64,000 bases of DNA, from contig JBHGNT010000001.1 in assembly GCA_043228905.1 (NCBI GenBank), positions 620,001 to 684,000 on the forward strand, in the 5' to 3' direction. Source of the DNA: Azolla caroliniana. Lineage: Eukaryota > Plantae > Polypodiophyta. The position numbers and the translations under genes were made by a program. Positions 14,906 to 25,947 of this stretch are shown piece after piece (the first letter of the stretch is position 1; every line of letters begins with the position of its first letter). The notes under the pieces are model-generated. The model did not search any database. It was not told the origin of the DNA and worked only from the letters and a program-made list of their open reading frames with translations.

Positions 14906-16207
14906 CTAGTACAATAGGAAAAAATACTTGTATGTTACATTTCCTTTGTAAGCTTTGTATTGTCCATTAAAGGATTCCTCAAGCTGTTCCTCCTCCACCT
15001 TCACTCGATGCTCAAAATAGAGCAATGATGCAAGGAGCAAGAAAGCCATGCTCCAGTAAGCTCGTAAAGCTATACAATATCCAGAGAAAAGAAGCATATA
15101 GCTTGCATACATAGGGTGTCGAATGAATTGGTATGGCCCAAGCACCACCAAATCCGTTGGATTCTCAAGCCTTGAGTCAACATTTTTTCCCAAAAGATAG
15201 GTCGCATAGTAGTGCAAAAGAACACCGAATGCAAGATAGATGATGGCAATCCTACTAGGCAACATCAAATTCCATAAGAAATAAAGCTGAGGTCCTTCAA
15301 AAGCAGCAAGCCAATGACCTCCAGCTATACTAGCTAGAAACACGATTTCAGCGGCATTATATCGTGGTTCAAGTCCACGAGAGCACTTACATCTTGAAAA
15401 GAGAAAAAAACACGTGTAAATGAAGAATAACAAGAGGGGCCAACCTTGGACATATCCGTTCCTGAAGCCAATCGGAACAAGGATGAGCCATGTCAAAGAG
15501 CCTCCGACAGTGATGAGTCGGTTTAAAAGCTTGTCTCTTTCACTTTCTTTTTTCTTCATTGCAACAAAGATTGAGCAGAACCCTAGAACTATAGCAGCGG
15601 GGAAAGGCCATGTTTCAAGAAACCATCGGACATAGGTCCAAAATATGAGTGTTGATGTAATGTTTGAAACTACCTTTGCAAAAATTAGCACAAATGCCAG
15701 TCTTCTTATAGTGGCAGGGATCACTAACCATGAAATTCCATTCCGAGTACGTTCCTCTTCTGTTGTTAATCTTTCTCCTTCTGCTTTTGCTTTTTCTTGT
15801 TTTTCCTCGTTTCCTCCTTCTAGTTCTCCTTCTTCTTTACTTTCTTCTTTTCCCTCTTCCTTCTTTCCTTCTTCTTTTGCTTCTTCTTTGAGGATTTTTC
15901 CATCCGAACCTGTGACTCGACGGTGATCGCCATTGGCATACACATGGGTTTTTTGCAAAGATAATGACACGCTAGTTCTATCACTTACCTTTTCTTTGCT
16001 ATGCAGAGATGCTGATTGGAGGATGATCTCTGGTGAAGAAGAAGAAAATGAGGATGAGGATGATGAGTATAAAGCCACCTTCGCTAAGGATGTTGTCAAT
16101 TTCTTCGAGAACCGAACACTTTCCCTTCTTTCATTTCCTCTTGCTCTGTTACGAAGAGCAAAGCCAGAAGCAGACGCTGCCATAGCCATAGCCATAGCCA
16201 TGGCCAT
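14906..16207 (-). CDS. Plastid-targeted multi-TM isoprenylcysteine carboxyl methyltransferase / phospholipid methyltransferase-like protein, intronless
   Basis: 433-aa ORF with an Ala/Ser-rich transit peptide, several TM helices, and the C-terminal ICMT/PEMT signature LVVLGPYQFIRHPMY...EEEQLEESFNGQYKAY. Confidence 0.82.
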   Translation of the reverse strand: MAMAMAMAMAASASGFALRNRARGNERRESVRFSKKLTTSLAKVALYSSSSSSFSSSSPEIILQSASLHSKEKVSDRTSVSLSLQKTHVYANGDHRRVTGSDGKILKEEAKEEGKKEEGKEESKEEGELEGGNEEKQEKAKAEGERLTTEEERTRNGISWLVIPATIRRLAFVLIFAKVVSNITSTLIFWTYVRWFLETWPFPAAIVLGFCSIFVAMKKKESERDKLLNRLITVGGSLTWLILVPIGFRNGYVQGWPLLLFFIYTCFFLFSRCKCSRGLEPRYNAAEIVFLASIAGGHWLAAFEGPQLYFLWNLMLPSRIAIIYLAFGVLLHYYATYLLGKNVDSRLENPTDLVVLGPYQFIRHPMYASYMLLFSGYCIALRAYWSMAFLLLASLLYFEHRVKVEEEQLEESFNGQYKAYKGNVTYKYFFLLY

Positions 16208-19029
16208 AGCAGAGCTTCAACGATTTAACTTGGGTTTACTTTGTCCTAATATGTTTTAGAACTATACACGAAATACCCCCAAAAAAACTTTTTACAATTC
16301 CCAGACCTACCCCTCCAGTTTTCCCATACATCCCCTACTAGTTGTAGATTGTACTAGTACTAGTACTAAATTACTAATAGTAGTCTTTTGCTCTCCTCAG
16401 GGGGTTTCTCTCTGAATCAGTACGATACATCAATTCTAAATTTCTATGCTCTCCTTGTCCGAGGAAAGGTAGAATCGGACCCCATCGGTCCAAACATGAG
16501 ACATTTACACATTTTACGTGAGTTGAATGGTTGCTCAACATGCCTAAGACTTTTATTTGATCGACATTGCAATTGAATAGTGCACGTCTCAACCGCAAGA
16601 GAAAGCACATATGGAAAGAAAACATGAATGTTGTTTAAGGTGGAGCATTGTATCGAAGTGTCACGTTCATGTTCACCATATGCACGATCGATGATTCAGA
16701 GAGAGGAGAGAGATTATGCATCCATAGAGAGACCAATATTGACCAATAAGACCTAAGTACAAAAGTTATATTGATGTGTGTCTCCTTCCTAAGAAGGTAT
16801 ATTCATACATTGAAGCACCAAGTCTCCATGTGTGAATAAGGCATACACATATGCGCTCAACCTTCTTGGTGTTTTCTTTAGTGTGACACTCTTGTCTTCA
16901 CCCCCTCTTAATATATCATCATAAATTTCACAAGTTGCACTATATGCTGAGCAAGTGATACTCATCCTCTACTAGCCCTTCCTTGCATACCTTACTTGCC
17001 TTTATTCAATGTCCACGACAGATTGATTGCAATCTATGAGATAGGACCCATCCCATGGCAAGGATCGAACTTTGATTCTCTCAAATTTTTTGACATTCAA
17101 GGGAGACTGATTATGATCTATGAGATGGAGCCTAACCCATGGCGAGATTGAACTATAGGGGAGAGAAGAGAGAGAACAAACACGGGAAAGAAATATCAAC
17201 AACAAAGCTATTAGTTTTTGTTTTTCAACCCATTGGTGTTCAATTTCATGTTTTGCTTAAATGTTTGTTGATGTTGTAGCTTAAGGAGTGTTATATCATA
17301 ACAAAAAGATATCAATTCTCTCCATTATCATTGTACATCCCCAAAAACCTTCCACACGAAACACCATATGGTGTCCAAATAGAAGGTCTTGCATAAATTA
17401 GATTTTAGACACTTGTAATCTATTAATTGTGACAAAGGAATCCTTCTTCGAAATTACATTTCTTAGATCATTTTGAGATGCTTTACTACATTTTGCACCA
17501 TGAATGGTGATAAAAACATAAGAACCATTACTTGATAAATGTTTGAGCAGGAGCCAACCTCACAACTTAGGCACCACATTACATCACTCCATTGTTGTTC
17601 CAATCCTATCCACTTGCACAAATTTTGTACTACAATTGTTTCAAAGGCACGTGCACGTTAATAAGTTGGTGATAGTTCAACCTCGTTTTGATATGAGTTG
17701 TTGGTGGCACAACTTCATGGGAGGTTCCTCAACTTGGTGTAAATACATCGACACATCAACGAGATGTTGACCATTCAATGCTCTTACTCCAATTGTTCAA
17801 GGGATTGAATTGTCTCAAAGGCCCCTAGACCTAGTTCAAATGACTTTACTTGTGTGGGGGATGGGGGGACAATCTCGAGACATCGATGACCTATCCTAGT
17901 ACTTACTATCTCTGCATTCAGTAAGATGTTAGGGAATTTTTTTTGTATATCTAGCTTTACCTAGGTTAGCCGAAAACACTCACCTCCCTTTAAAAACTAA
18001 GTCAAGGTCATGGAAGTAAAATCCAAGGAAGGAGTTTCCATAGCTTGAACCCATGCAACAACTCAACCACAATGTTGTTTGAGCATAAAAACATCATGTA
18101 CCCATCTCACAGTATTTTGCTACACACAGACAATTTTGTCTTCGGAGTTAATGTAATAAAATAAATATAACAATATCATGTACTTCAATAAGTGATGTGC
18201 CCATTTGAAAGCGAATAATTTCACCGTCAATGAGAATGACCCATATAATCTTGGTCATCATGGACCATAGTTACAAAAGACCTATGCATCAATTGTCATC
18301 CATCACACAAACGTCAAGGTCTACTTTGGTCTAAGCCTCTGAATATATACTATGTGGTTTGCAACAACACAATGCATGGCTATTACAAGTGCGTACGTGA
18401 AGACATCGTGTGCATATGCTCTACTAGTTAAGCCTCTCCCATTGTTTTATGCAAAGAGAAGTTGTAGGGCAAATAAATATGGTTCCAAGGTGCATGCAAG
18501 TTTTGACACTCCCCATGACCCCGACAAGACGACATGATATGTAGGTTAACATGTTGGCTCTTGGTTGATCACGTGGTCTCAAGGTCTTGTTGTGGTTACA
18601 AAGGTTGAGTTGTTAGATTTGCAATGGGAAAGAAAGAAGAAAGAAAGATATATTAACGTCTTCTAAGACCAAATTTGGCCCATGAGACAATTGGTTTACA
18701 ACAAAAATGGGGTATTTACCCATTCATCGAAAAGTAAAAATAAAATAAACATCCGAGGGCGTTTGGTTGTTCTTTGCATTTCTGCTTCATCAAGAGAGAG
18801 GCCGAGTGGTGTAGGTGTGTCCACCTTCATCATCTCCCCTTGTTTCTGAATAAATTACAAATATTAAATCGAGTGTAAATTTGCCATATTTCTTGGTGTA
18901 TTACCTTATTACGGTCTTCATGAGAGATTAAAGTTTTATCAATCCCATGGTTGTACTTAAGGGGAGGTAGGTTATTAATGTCTATACCATTTGCAAGTAA
19001 CCAACTTACTACAATGTTATACCAAGAGC

Positions 19030-19120
19030 TGGTGTCTCCGGACGCATATAGGGAGAGAGGTAATATATATCCATGTCCGGACGCATATAGGGAGAGAGAG
19101 GTAATATATATCCATGTCCG
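19030..19120. repeat. About 40-bp tandem duplication
   Basis: CCGGACGCATATAGGGAGAGAGGTAATATATATCCATGT occurs twice, with a 2-bp GA difference. Confidence 0.9.
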
Positions 19121-19199
19121 ATAGTGCCAGGCTCCAACCATTCACAAACTAATGGCCATATTATGAGACATGATGTCTATGTCTATGTCTATCTAATGT

Positions 19200-19600
19200 G
19201 TATACAGATATCATACACACACATTATACATACACACAAACATAGGCATACTTTACATACACACAATGCACATCATCCATACATACATATATACACACGC
19301 AAATACAATACATACACACACATATACAATACATACACACACATATACACATATACATACATACACACGTATACATATATACATGCATACATACATACAT
19401 ACTTGGATACATACATGCATGCATATATACATACATACATACATACATACATACATACATACATACATACATACAGATAGACATACATTCAGTCTTAGAT
19501 ATGTACATCATACAGATATGCATGCCTAGATGGATAGATAGATAGATAGATACATACATATGTATATAGTAATATACATACATACATACATGAATGCATA
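19200..19600. repeat. Degenerate (TACA)n/(CA)n/(TAGA)n microsatellite block upstream of LFY
   Basis: Visible simple repeats. They explain the HTYI/MYVC ORFs in the track. Confidence 0.95.
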
Positions 19601-20216
19601 CAGATAAAAAAGGCCGAGATGTGACATGTCACACACACAGACAGAAGAACGAGAGAGGGAGGGTCAGCATCAATCACAATTATCAAGACAAACAATAATG
19701 AAGAGGGAGGAGAGGAGATGGTTTCTTCTCTGTCTGTGTCAATGCATCCTTTTACCCTGTGGGTTTAGTCAGGGTTTTAGGGTTTTCCACTTCGGGTTTT
19801 ACAGAGAGACATGGCCTTTCTCTTTCATGAGCTGGACAACGAGCCCACCTCCTCATCACAGGAGCATTGCTTTACCACACCCCTGTTTCAACCTAAGAGA
19901 CAGAGGAAGGCAGGCGAAATCTAGAGAGATAGATAGTTAGGGAGAAACAGAGAAAACGGTGCACAACAGGATCAGAGCATTCATTCTCTTCATCATCTCT
20001 CATATAGGCATCGTCTAAGGTCTTAATTCTATTTTGCAAGTTGTTAATTGACGATTCAGAATGTCTCTGCTCCTGTGCTCTTATTCTTGACTGCGTGACC
20101 TAAATATTAGGTTTTTCCTCTGACAGTTAGTGTGATCGGATCTCATTAGAATCTAATTCAATCCAATTAATCAGGTTGATTTCAGAGTCTTTGGATTTCT
20201 CATTGGTATAGATCAA

Positions 20217-20243
20217 ATGAGAAACATGGATATCACTCTATAG
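20217..20243 (+). promoter_or_regulatory. Candidate uORF (MRNMDITL*) in a predicted LFY 5'-UTR exon (about 20175-20267)
   Basis: ATG AGA AAC ATG GAT ATC ACT CTA TAG lies between a plausible acceptor (TAATCAG, 20174) and a strong donor (CAG|GTAATT, 20268). Acceptors are available at 20583 and 20589. Confidence 0.45.
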
Positions 20244-20610
20244 GTTGAATTTCAGAATCGGCCACAGGTAATTTTTCTTCTTCTTCTTGCTTCTTTTTCG
20301 TTTGCTGGATTTCTTGTTTTCACAGCTTTGTAGAAAATTTAGAAATCTGCTCATTTATTACCATTTTAGATTTTCTTGAAGTACTCACTGTTTCGTGAAT
20401 TTTTTCATAATTGCAAACATTCGCAAGATTTTACATAGATTAGAATTGCAGCTTAGGTTCTCTTTTTTACAAATTGAGCCTTTCTATGATTAGGATTTTT
20501 TCACAAATTGAGATTTCCTTTCAGGCACTACAGTATCTCTATACAGATAAGGGTTGTTTATCTACATATTACGTTTCTTTTAGGGTTAGGGCGTTCGACA
20601 TTTTCACAAA

Positions 20611-22669
20611 CTGGATCCAGAACAGTTTCCAGGAGCTTTGTTCCGATGGGAACAAAGAGTAGTCATTCCTCCTAAAGAAGTACCTCCCATGGAAATGGTA
20701 ATACATCCAGTGTCTTCTTGTAAGAACCCAAACCATCTCGAGCTGCTTGAAGATCTCTTCAAAGACTACGGTGTCCGAACATCCACTATAGTCAAGTTTC
20801 TAGAAATGGGTTTTACAGTGAATACATTAGTGAATATGACGGAACCAGAGATAGATGATGTTATCACGACAATGATGGAAGGTTATCAAATGGAACTTCT
20901 TGTTGGAGAGAAATATGGTTTGAAATCAGCGATCCGTGCTGAGAAGAAGCGGCAAGAGGAAGAGATAGAGCAACAACGCTTGCAATGTCTTGGAAAGAGT
21001 GGAAAGAAGCATAAATTAGATGAATATAGTGGCATTGCGTCAACTTCAGCTGAGGGTAATTTACTAATAAATTTTAGCTATTATCTCCAATCGTGGGAAT
21101 CTGTTTTTATAATTGTTGTCTTTGTATGTGCTTTAATTGTAACCTAGAGGGTTTTACAATAAATTCTAAGACATTCAATTCTGTTGGATGTTTGTTGCAT
21201 GCATGATTGTTTTGAGACTTTGTTGTTCTTTAAACGATGGGTATTGAATATCATGTGTATCTTAGAGGGGGAACATGCTTAGGTATTGAGAATCCAATAT
21301 GTTCTTCTTGATTACAATGTAGAGACATTTTCAGTCGATTATACGAGGATAGGTAACAAGATGCTATGGATTTGTTTTCAGGCACAAGAGAGCAAAGAGG
21401 GGACAATGGAATGATGATGCTCGATGCTATTGCTACTGATGGACCTTTGAACCTGAACTCTAACGAGCATCTTCAGCAAGAGCACATCCACTCAGGATTC
21501 AGTCTTCCTGGTGTCTTGCCTATGCCGGAGCCAAGTAGTGATGACAACGAGGAACAAAAGTTTGCGAGGAAGAAACAAAAACGGAGGCTATTGCGTGAAC
21601 CTGGTGGCGAGGATGGTGATGACAGAACACGGGAGCATCCATTCATAGTTACGGAGCCTGGTGAAGTGGCACGCGGGAAGAAGAATGGATTGGATTACCT
21701 CTTTGATCTCTATGAGCAGTGTGCCAGCTTTCTAGATGAAGTGCAGCAAATCTCAAGAGAGAGGGGGGAAAAGTGCCCTACGAAGGTATAGAACACTGGT
21801 AATAATATATCTATCAGTACAATATGGATGGCAACAGTTTTCAGTTACACACCAAAATGCACCTAACTCTTGAGATATTTATCAGAGAATAACTCTAAGC
21901 TCTCAAAAACTAACCAAAGACCCATGTTTATTCCCTGTTACAATATGCGTTAGAACAATTTGGGTTAAAGGTTTTCCACAACACACCGAAATTCCTCGTC
22001 CTTCATGGATATTTTGCAGAGGATATCATTAAGCTCTCCAAATCCACTAGAGTACCCCAAGTTTAACATGAAATTAACTAGGATTTGCATTACTTGGAAC
22101 CTCGAAGGTGGTTGTCTAAGACAGGACTAACTGATGCCACCTCTTGGTAGAGCACAAACCAAAAGACTTGCAAAACTTTGTAGAAGGGGATTGAATTGTC
22201 ATTCTTCAGCCATGTGCTTCCATCTGTGTTTAGTCAGCTTGCTGATTTTATTTATCAAATGTTTAGGAAACATCAATTTCTTTATGAAAGTTTCATAGTT
22301 GATTTAATTTCCAAATTGTATGGTTCTTTCTAACAGGTGACAAACCAAGTATTCCGGCATGCGAAGCTTAAAGGCGCGAGCTATATCAACAAGCCAAAAA
22401 TGAGGCACTATGTGCATTGCTATGCATTGCATTGCCTGGACAAGGAGAAATCAAACTTTTTGAGAAAGTTATACAAGGAACGAGGGGAGAATGTGGGAGC
22501 ATGGCGTCAAGCATGTTATTATCCATTGGTGGAAATGGCCAGAACAAATGGATGGGACATTGAAGGTGTTTTTGTACGGAATGAAAAGCTCCGGATTTGG
22601 TACGTCCCCACTAAGCTCCGACAGCTCTGCCATCTCGAGAAGAGCAAGGATAGCGACAGTTGCAGTTAA
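20611..22669 (+). CDS. LFY: LEAFY/FLORICAULA transcription factor (fern-like), proposed CTG start
   Basis: Exons 20611-21055, 21382-21785, 22337-22669. SAM domain [11 protein letters not shown]...[20 protein letters not shown]-binding domain [25 protein letters not shown]...KCPTK|[10 protein letters not shown]...[12 protein letters not shown]...VGAWRQACY...[12 protein letters not shown]. Canonical two-intron layout. First in-frame ATG is at 20689. Confidence 0.97.
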
Positions 22670-23373
22670 GAATAGTGGGTGTTTTGCTTTTTTCTCATAT
22701 TCATCCTTTAACTTGTTTTTCTTGACAGAATGTCATGTGCAATCTTGTTTTGCACAAATGTGTAACAATACTGCTTGATCAACAATTAATACTATTCTTG
22801 TTTTTGTTTGTGATACAGTTTTTAGATAAGGGAAGAACTTTGTAAAGCGTTGTCAATTCTGCATCTCACTTGTAAAACTTTAGAACACACCAGTCTGAAT
22901 TATGTCTTAATGCTATTTAGTAAATCACAAACATACATTGGACCTTTTAAAGAAGCCTCGAGTGAGCATGCATTTCTCCTAATGTTTGTAATTGTTGACA
23001 TTTCAGTTGTGAGGTATTTTAAAAATAATGGAGCTCTGTAAATATAGATATGTAAATGTGGAAATAAGATATCTCAGTTAACTAAAATTACAAAACAAGA
23101 AAGGTGTGCTAGTGTCTCTTTGTTTAAGATTCAATCTTTTATGGTAAATCTTGTGGGTTCAATTGAATATCAAAATATGAGTGATTTTTACATCTTATTT
23201 ATATCAATTTCTTGGTTTGGCCTCATAGTTCTTTGAGGCTACTAGAAGAAATGTTCATCACCCAGTATTTATTATCATCATAGGCCGTTTTTTTGGTCTG
23301 ATACTTCATCTATTAAGATATGAGCTATATTCAAAGTACATCCATCTTGAGCTATATCACTAATGTCAACAGG

Positions 23374-24597
23374 CTAAAATTCCCAAATGTGCATTATTGG
23401 TTGGTCATCAAGCTGTTCCTGGACAACCATATCATCTATCCCTTGTCCATCCCAACTATCCAGTACAATTTTACTATTATAATCGTATAAATTATATGCA
23501 GAAAGTTGCTGCTCAATTTCTAATAAATGCAGACTCTTAATCACATCACTGGATTGCAATTCCCCATTGACTCCACCATCATCAAATTTATTGTATACTT
23601 TCATTTCTCTGACATAATTAGCGTTTGTTGTAATTATAGTTGATGTGCTGTTGAAGTTATGTAGCTCATCAACTAATTGATCCGTTTGCATTGAAGTAGG
23701 AACATTCACATCAATCCTGTTAACTCTTGAAGAAAGCACATTTACATTTTGGCATACTTGCAGATTACTAGGGTTATTCACGCTAGTGTCTTGTTGGTGA
23801 GATATATATATGTTATTTGCAGAATTTTGCTTATTCTCATCTAAGTTGATGTGACCTGGACTGCCTTGACAATGATGCAACTCATTGCTCAAGGCACTAT
23901 GACTCAAGGAAGAGGGAACATGAACATCAGGAAGATTGATGAATGCATTGGGTCCATAAAGCTCACGGGCAGCATTATCATAGGCGAGGGCGGCTTCTAT
24001 CGCCGTAGAGAAAGATCCAAGCCATATACGGCCTCGTTTTGTGGGTTCTCGGATCTCGGCTACCCATCTTCCCCATGTGCGTTGCCGTACTCCTCTATAC
24101 GCACATGTAGCATTGTCAGGTCCTCCCTTCCGAGCTCTCATGGGTCGCCTCTTCTTCCACTTGTGGCCACCCATCATTGCTGCATGGCTGTAATGAGTAT
24201 CATCGACTTCATATAATTGCCATCCCTGCTCCTGATGAATATCATCTACTAGTGGTAATTTCCGTTTAAGGCCATGGTGAACATCATTGACATTTTGTAC
24301 TTGCCACCCCTGACTCCAATTAATATCATCATTGACCCTCCCTAATTGCTGTAGCATCCCACTCCTGCAACCCGGATGATTACCATCATCATGTTTTGGT
24401 GAAGGCTGGCAGCGCCCACGCTGAACATCACCATGGTCTTTTAGTAATTGCAGTCCCTGCACCCCATGAATATCATCATTGTCAAGTTTTTGTAATTGCC
24501 ACCCATCAGGCATTAGTGACGAAGACGACATGTGATTGCATCTCGCCTCAGCATTATTTACATCATACATTGTGGTAACCGAGAAATCATGCTTCAT
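23374..24597 (-). CDS. DREB2-like (A-2 / group IV) AP2/ERF transcription factor, intronless CDS
   Basis: [30 protein letters not shown]...[33 protein letters not shown]. It has the DREB-type V14/E19 residues and the KGGP(E/D)N motif that precedes DREB2 AP2 domains. Acidic C-terminus ends IWEF. Confidence 0.9.
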   Translation of the reverse strand: MKHDFSVTTMYDVNNAEARCNHMSSSSLMPDGWQLQKLDNDDIHGVQGLQLLKDHGDVQRGRCQPSPKHDDGNHPGCRSGMLQQLGRVNDDINWSQGWQVQNVNDVHHGLKRKLPLVDDIHQEQGWQLYEVDDTHYSHAAMMGGHKWKKRRPMRARKGGPDNATCAYRGVRQRTWGRWVAEIREPTKRGRIWLGSFSTAIEAALAYDNAARELYGPNAFINLPDVHVPSSLSHSALSNELHHCQGSPGHINLDENKQNSANNIYISHQQDTSVNNPSNLQVCQNVNVLSSRVNRIDVNVPTSMQTDQLVDELHNFNSTSTIITTNANYVREMKVYNKFDDGGVNGELQSSDVIKSLHLLEIEQQLSAYNLYDYNSKIVLDSWDGQGIDDMVVQEQLDDQPIMHIWEF

Positions 24598-25947
24598 AGC
24601 ATCTAGATAAACGAAATTGCTAAATTTATTTAGGCTTTGAGAAGAAAAATCTGGGTAGAAGAGGAAAGGATACTAAACCCTAACCACCCAGTAAATTCTG
24701 AGACTTTTATATATGCTATTGTGTGGTTTCTGCTCTGCGATACAATGTTTGCCAAAGAAGAGAGGAGAGCAGATTAATACTACTTCACAAAGATGTAGAT
24801 TCAGAAGTGCATTAAATGAAGGAATACATGTACAAACTGAACGTGAGGCAATATTGTCACGGATAAATAAACATAGAAAATACAACATTTTATGTGCAAA
24901 AGTTATTTGTTTCACGCGTTGTTTGTGAATTGATGGAGGCCACTTCTACCTCATAATTCATAATGCAAGGAGACAAATAAATAGCTCCAAGTGGGAAAAA
25001 GCGAAACCTAGTCCTGGGTATCTTTGGTCATTGATTGATTTTCTTCGTCCATCATTGATTGCTTGTCTTTTTTGTTTTCCTGATTTGATTTTAGGTCTGC
25101 TTCTACTTAGCTCAAATTTGACCAATTAAGATATGCTCACTTTTTAAAATAGTAACTAACAAATAAATATCCTCATAAACAAAGTTCAGACGTGTGCTCT
25201 CAATCTCCATTTTTTTGTTAAATTCTGAATCAAGCATATATAGCCAATATGTGTTTTGTATATAAATAATAAGCATATTTTGTTAGATATTCCATATGAA
25301 TTGACAACCCAATTATAATCATAACATCTCAATAAGTACATATACACAGATCCTCTTAGCTTAGCCTCTTAGTTTGCTAACAGATCTTGACACAAAGTTC
25401 ACCATTATAATAACACAGAAATTCCATTCATAACGGGTATAATTTTGCTACAAGCTTACCATTACAAAGACCCAAATAGTAATAACATACTTTCTGAGTG
25501 GATGCCAGAGTATTAACCCATCACAACACTATTGAAATTACACGAATACAAACACACAACCCATATATATATATGGATGAGATGTTCAGAATAAAACCTT
25601 AAAATATTTGTGACATAATTACACCCCATTTGAGGATAGGGAAGGTTTCTTTTCCTTGCCCATTCTCTGAAGGCTGCTTTAATTTATCTTGACTACATAA
25701 ATACATGGGTATTTCTTGGGCTTTCAAAGGGTCGAATACATGCTGGTTCACTATAGCCCTATAGGTTTATATCAAATCATGTTTCAAATAACATGCATGG
25801 AAGCATATATTTAGTTGTTTTCCAGAAATATTTCATGGAGGCCCCCCACTAAATTAGCTTTTAAATTATTGATTTTGACTTCTTTTGAGCCGTGCTCTGT
25901 ATTTTTTTCCAAGGATGAATTGTACAAGAACAGAGTAAAACCATCAG

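Noticed and set aside
16380-18600. Possible decayed transposon, including a diverged direct repeat near 17020-17150
   Set aside because: Too degenerate to assign a family or boundaries by eye.
19124-19583. Several overlapping HTYI/MYVC-rich ORFs
   Set aside because: Translation artefacts of (TACA)n microsatellites.
19626-19940. 104-aa ORF upstream of LFY
   Set aside because: It has the composition of GA/CT-rich promoter or leader DNA and no recognisable homology.
22337-22669. Altered LFY DNA-binding specificity
   Set aside because: MRHYVHCY and GAWRQ match the ordinary vascular-plant (type I) residues.
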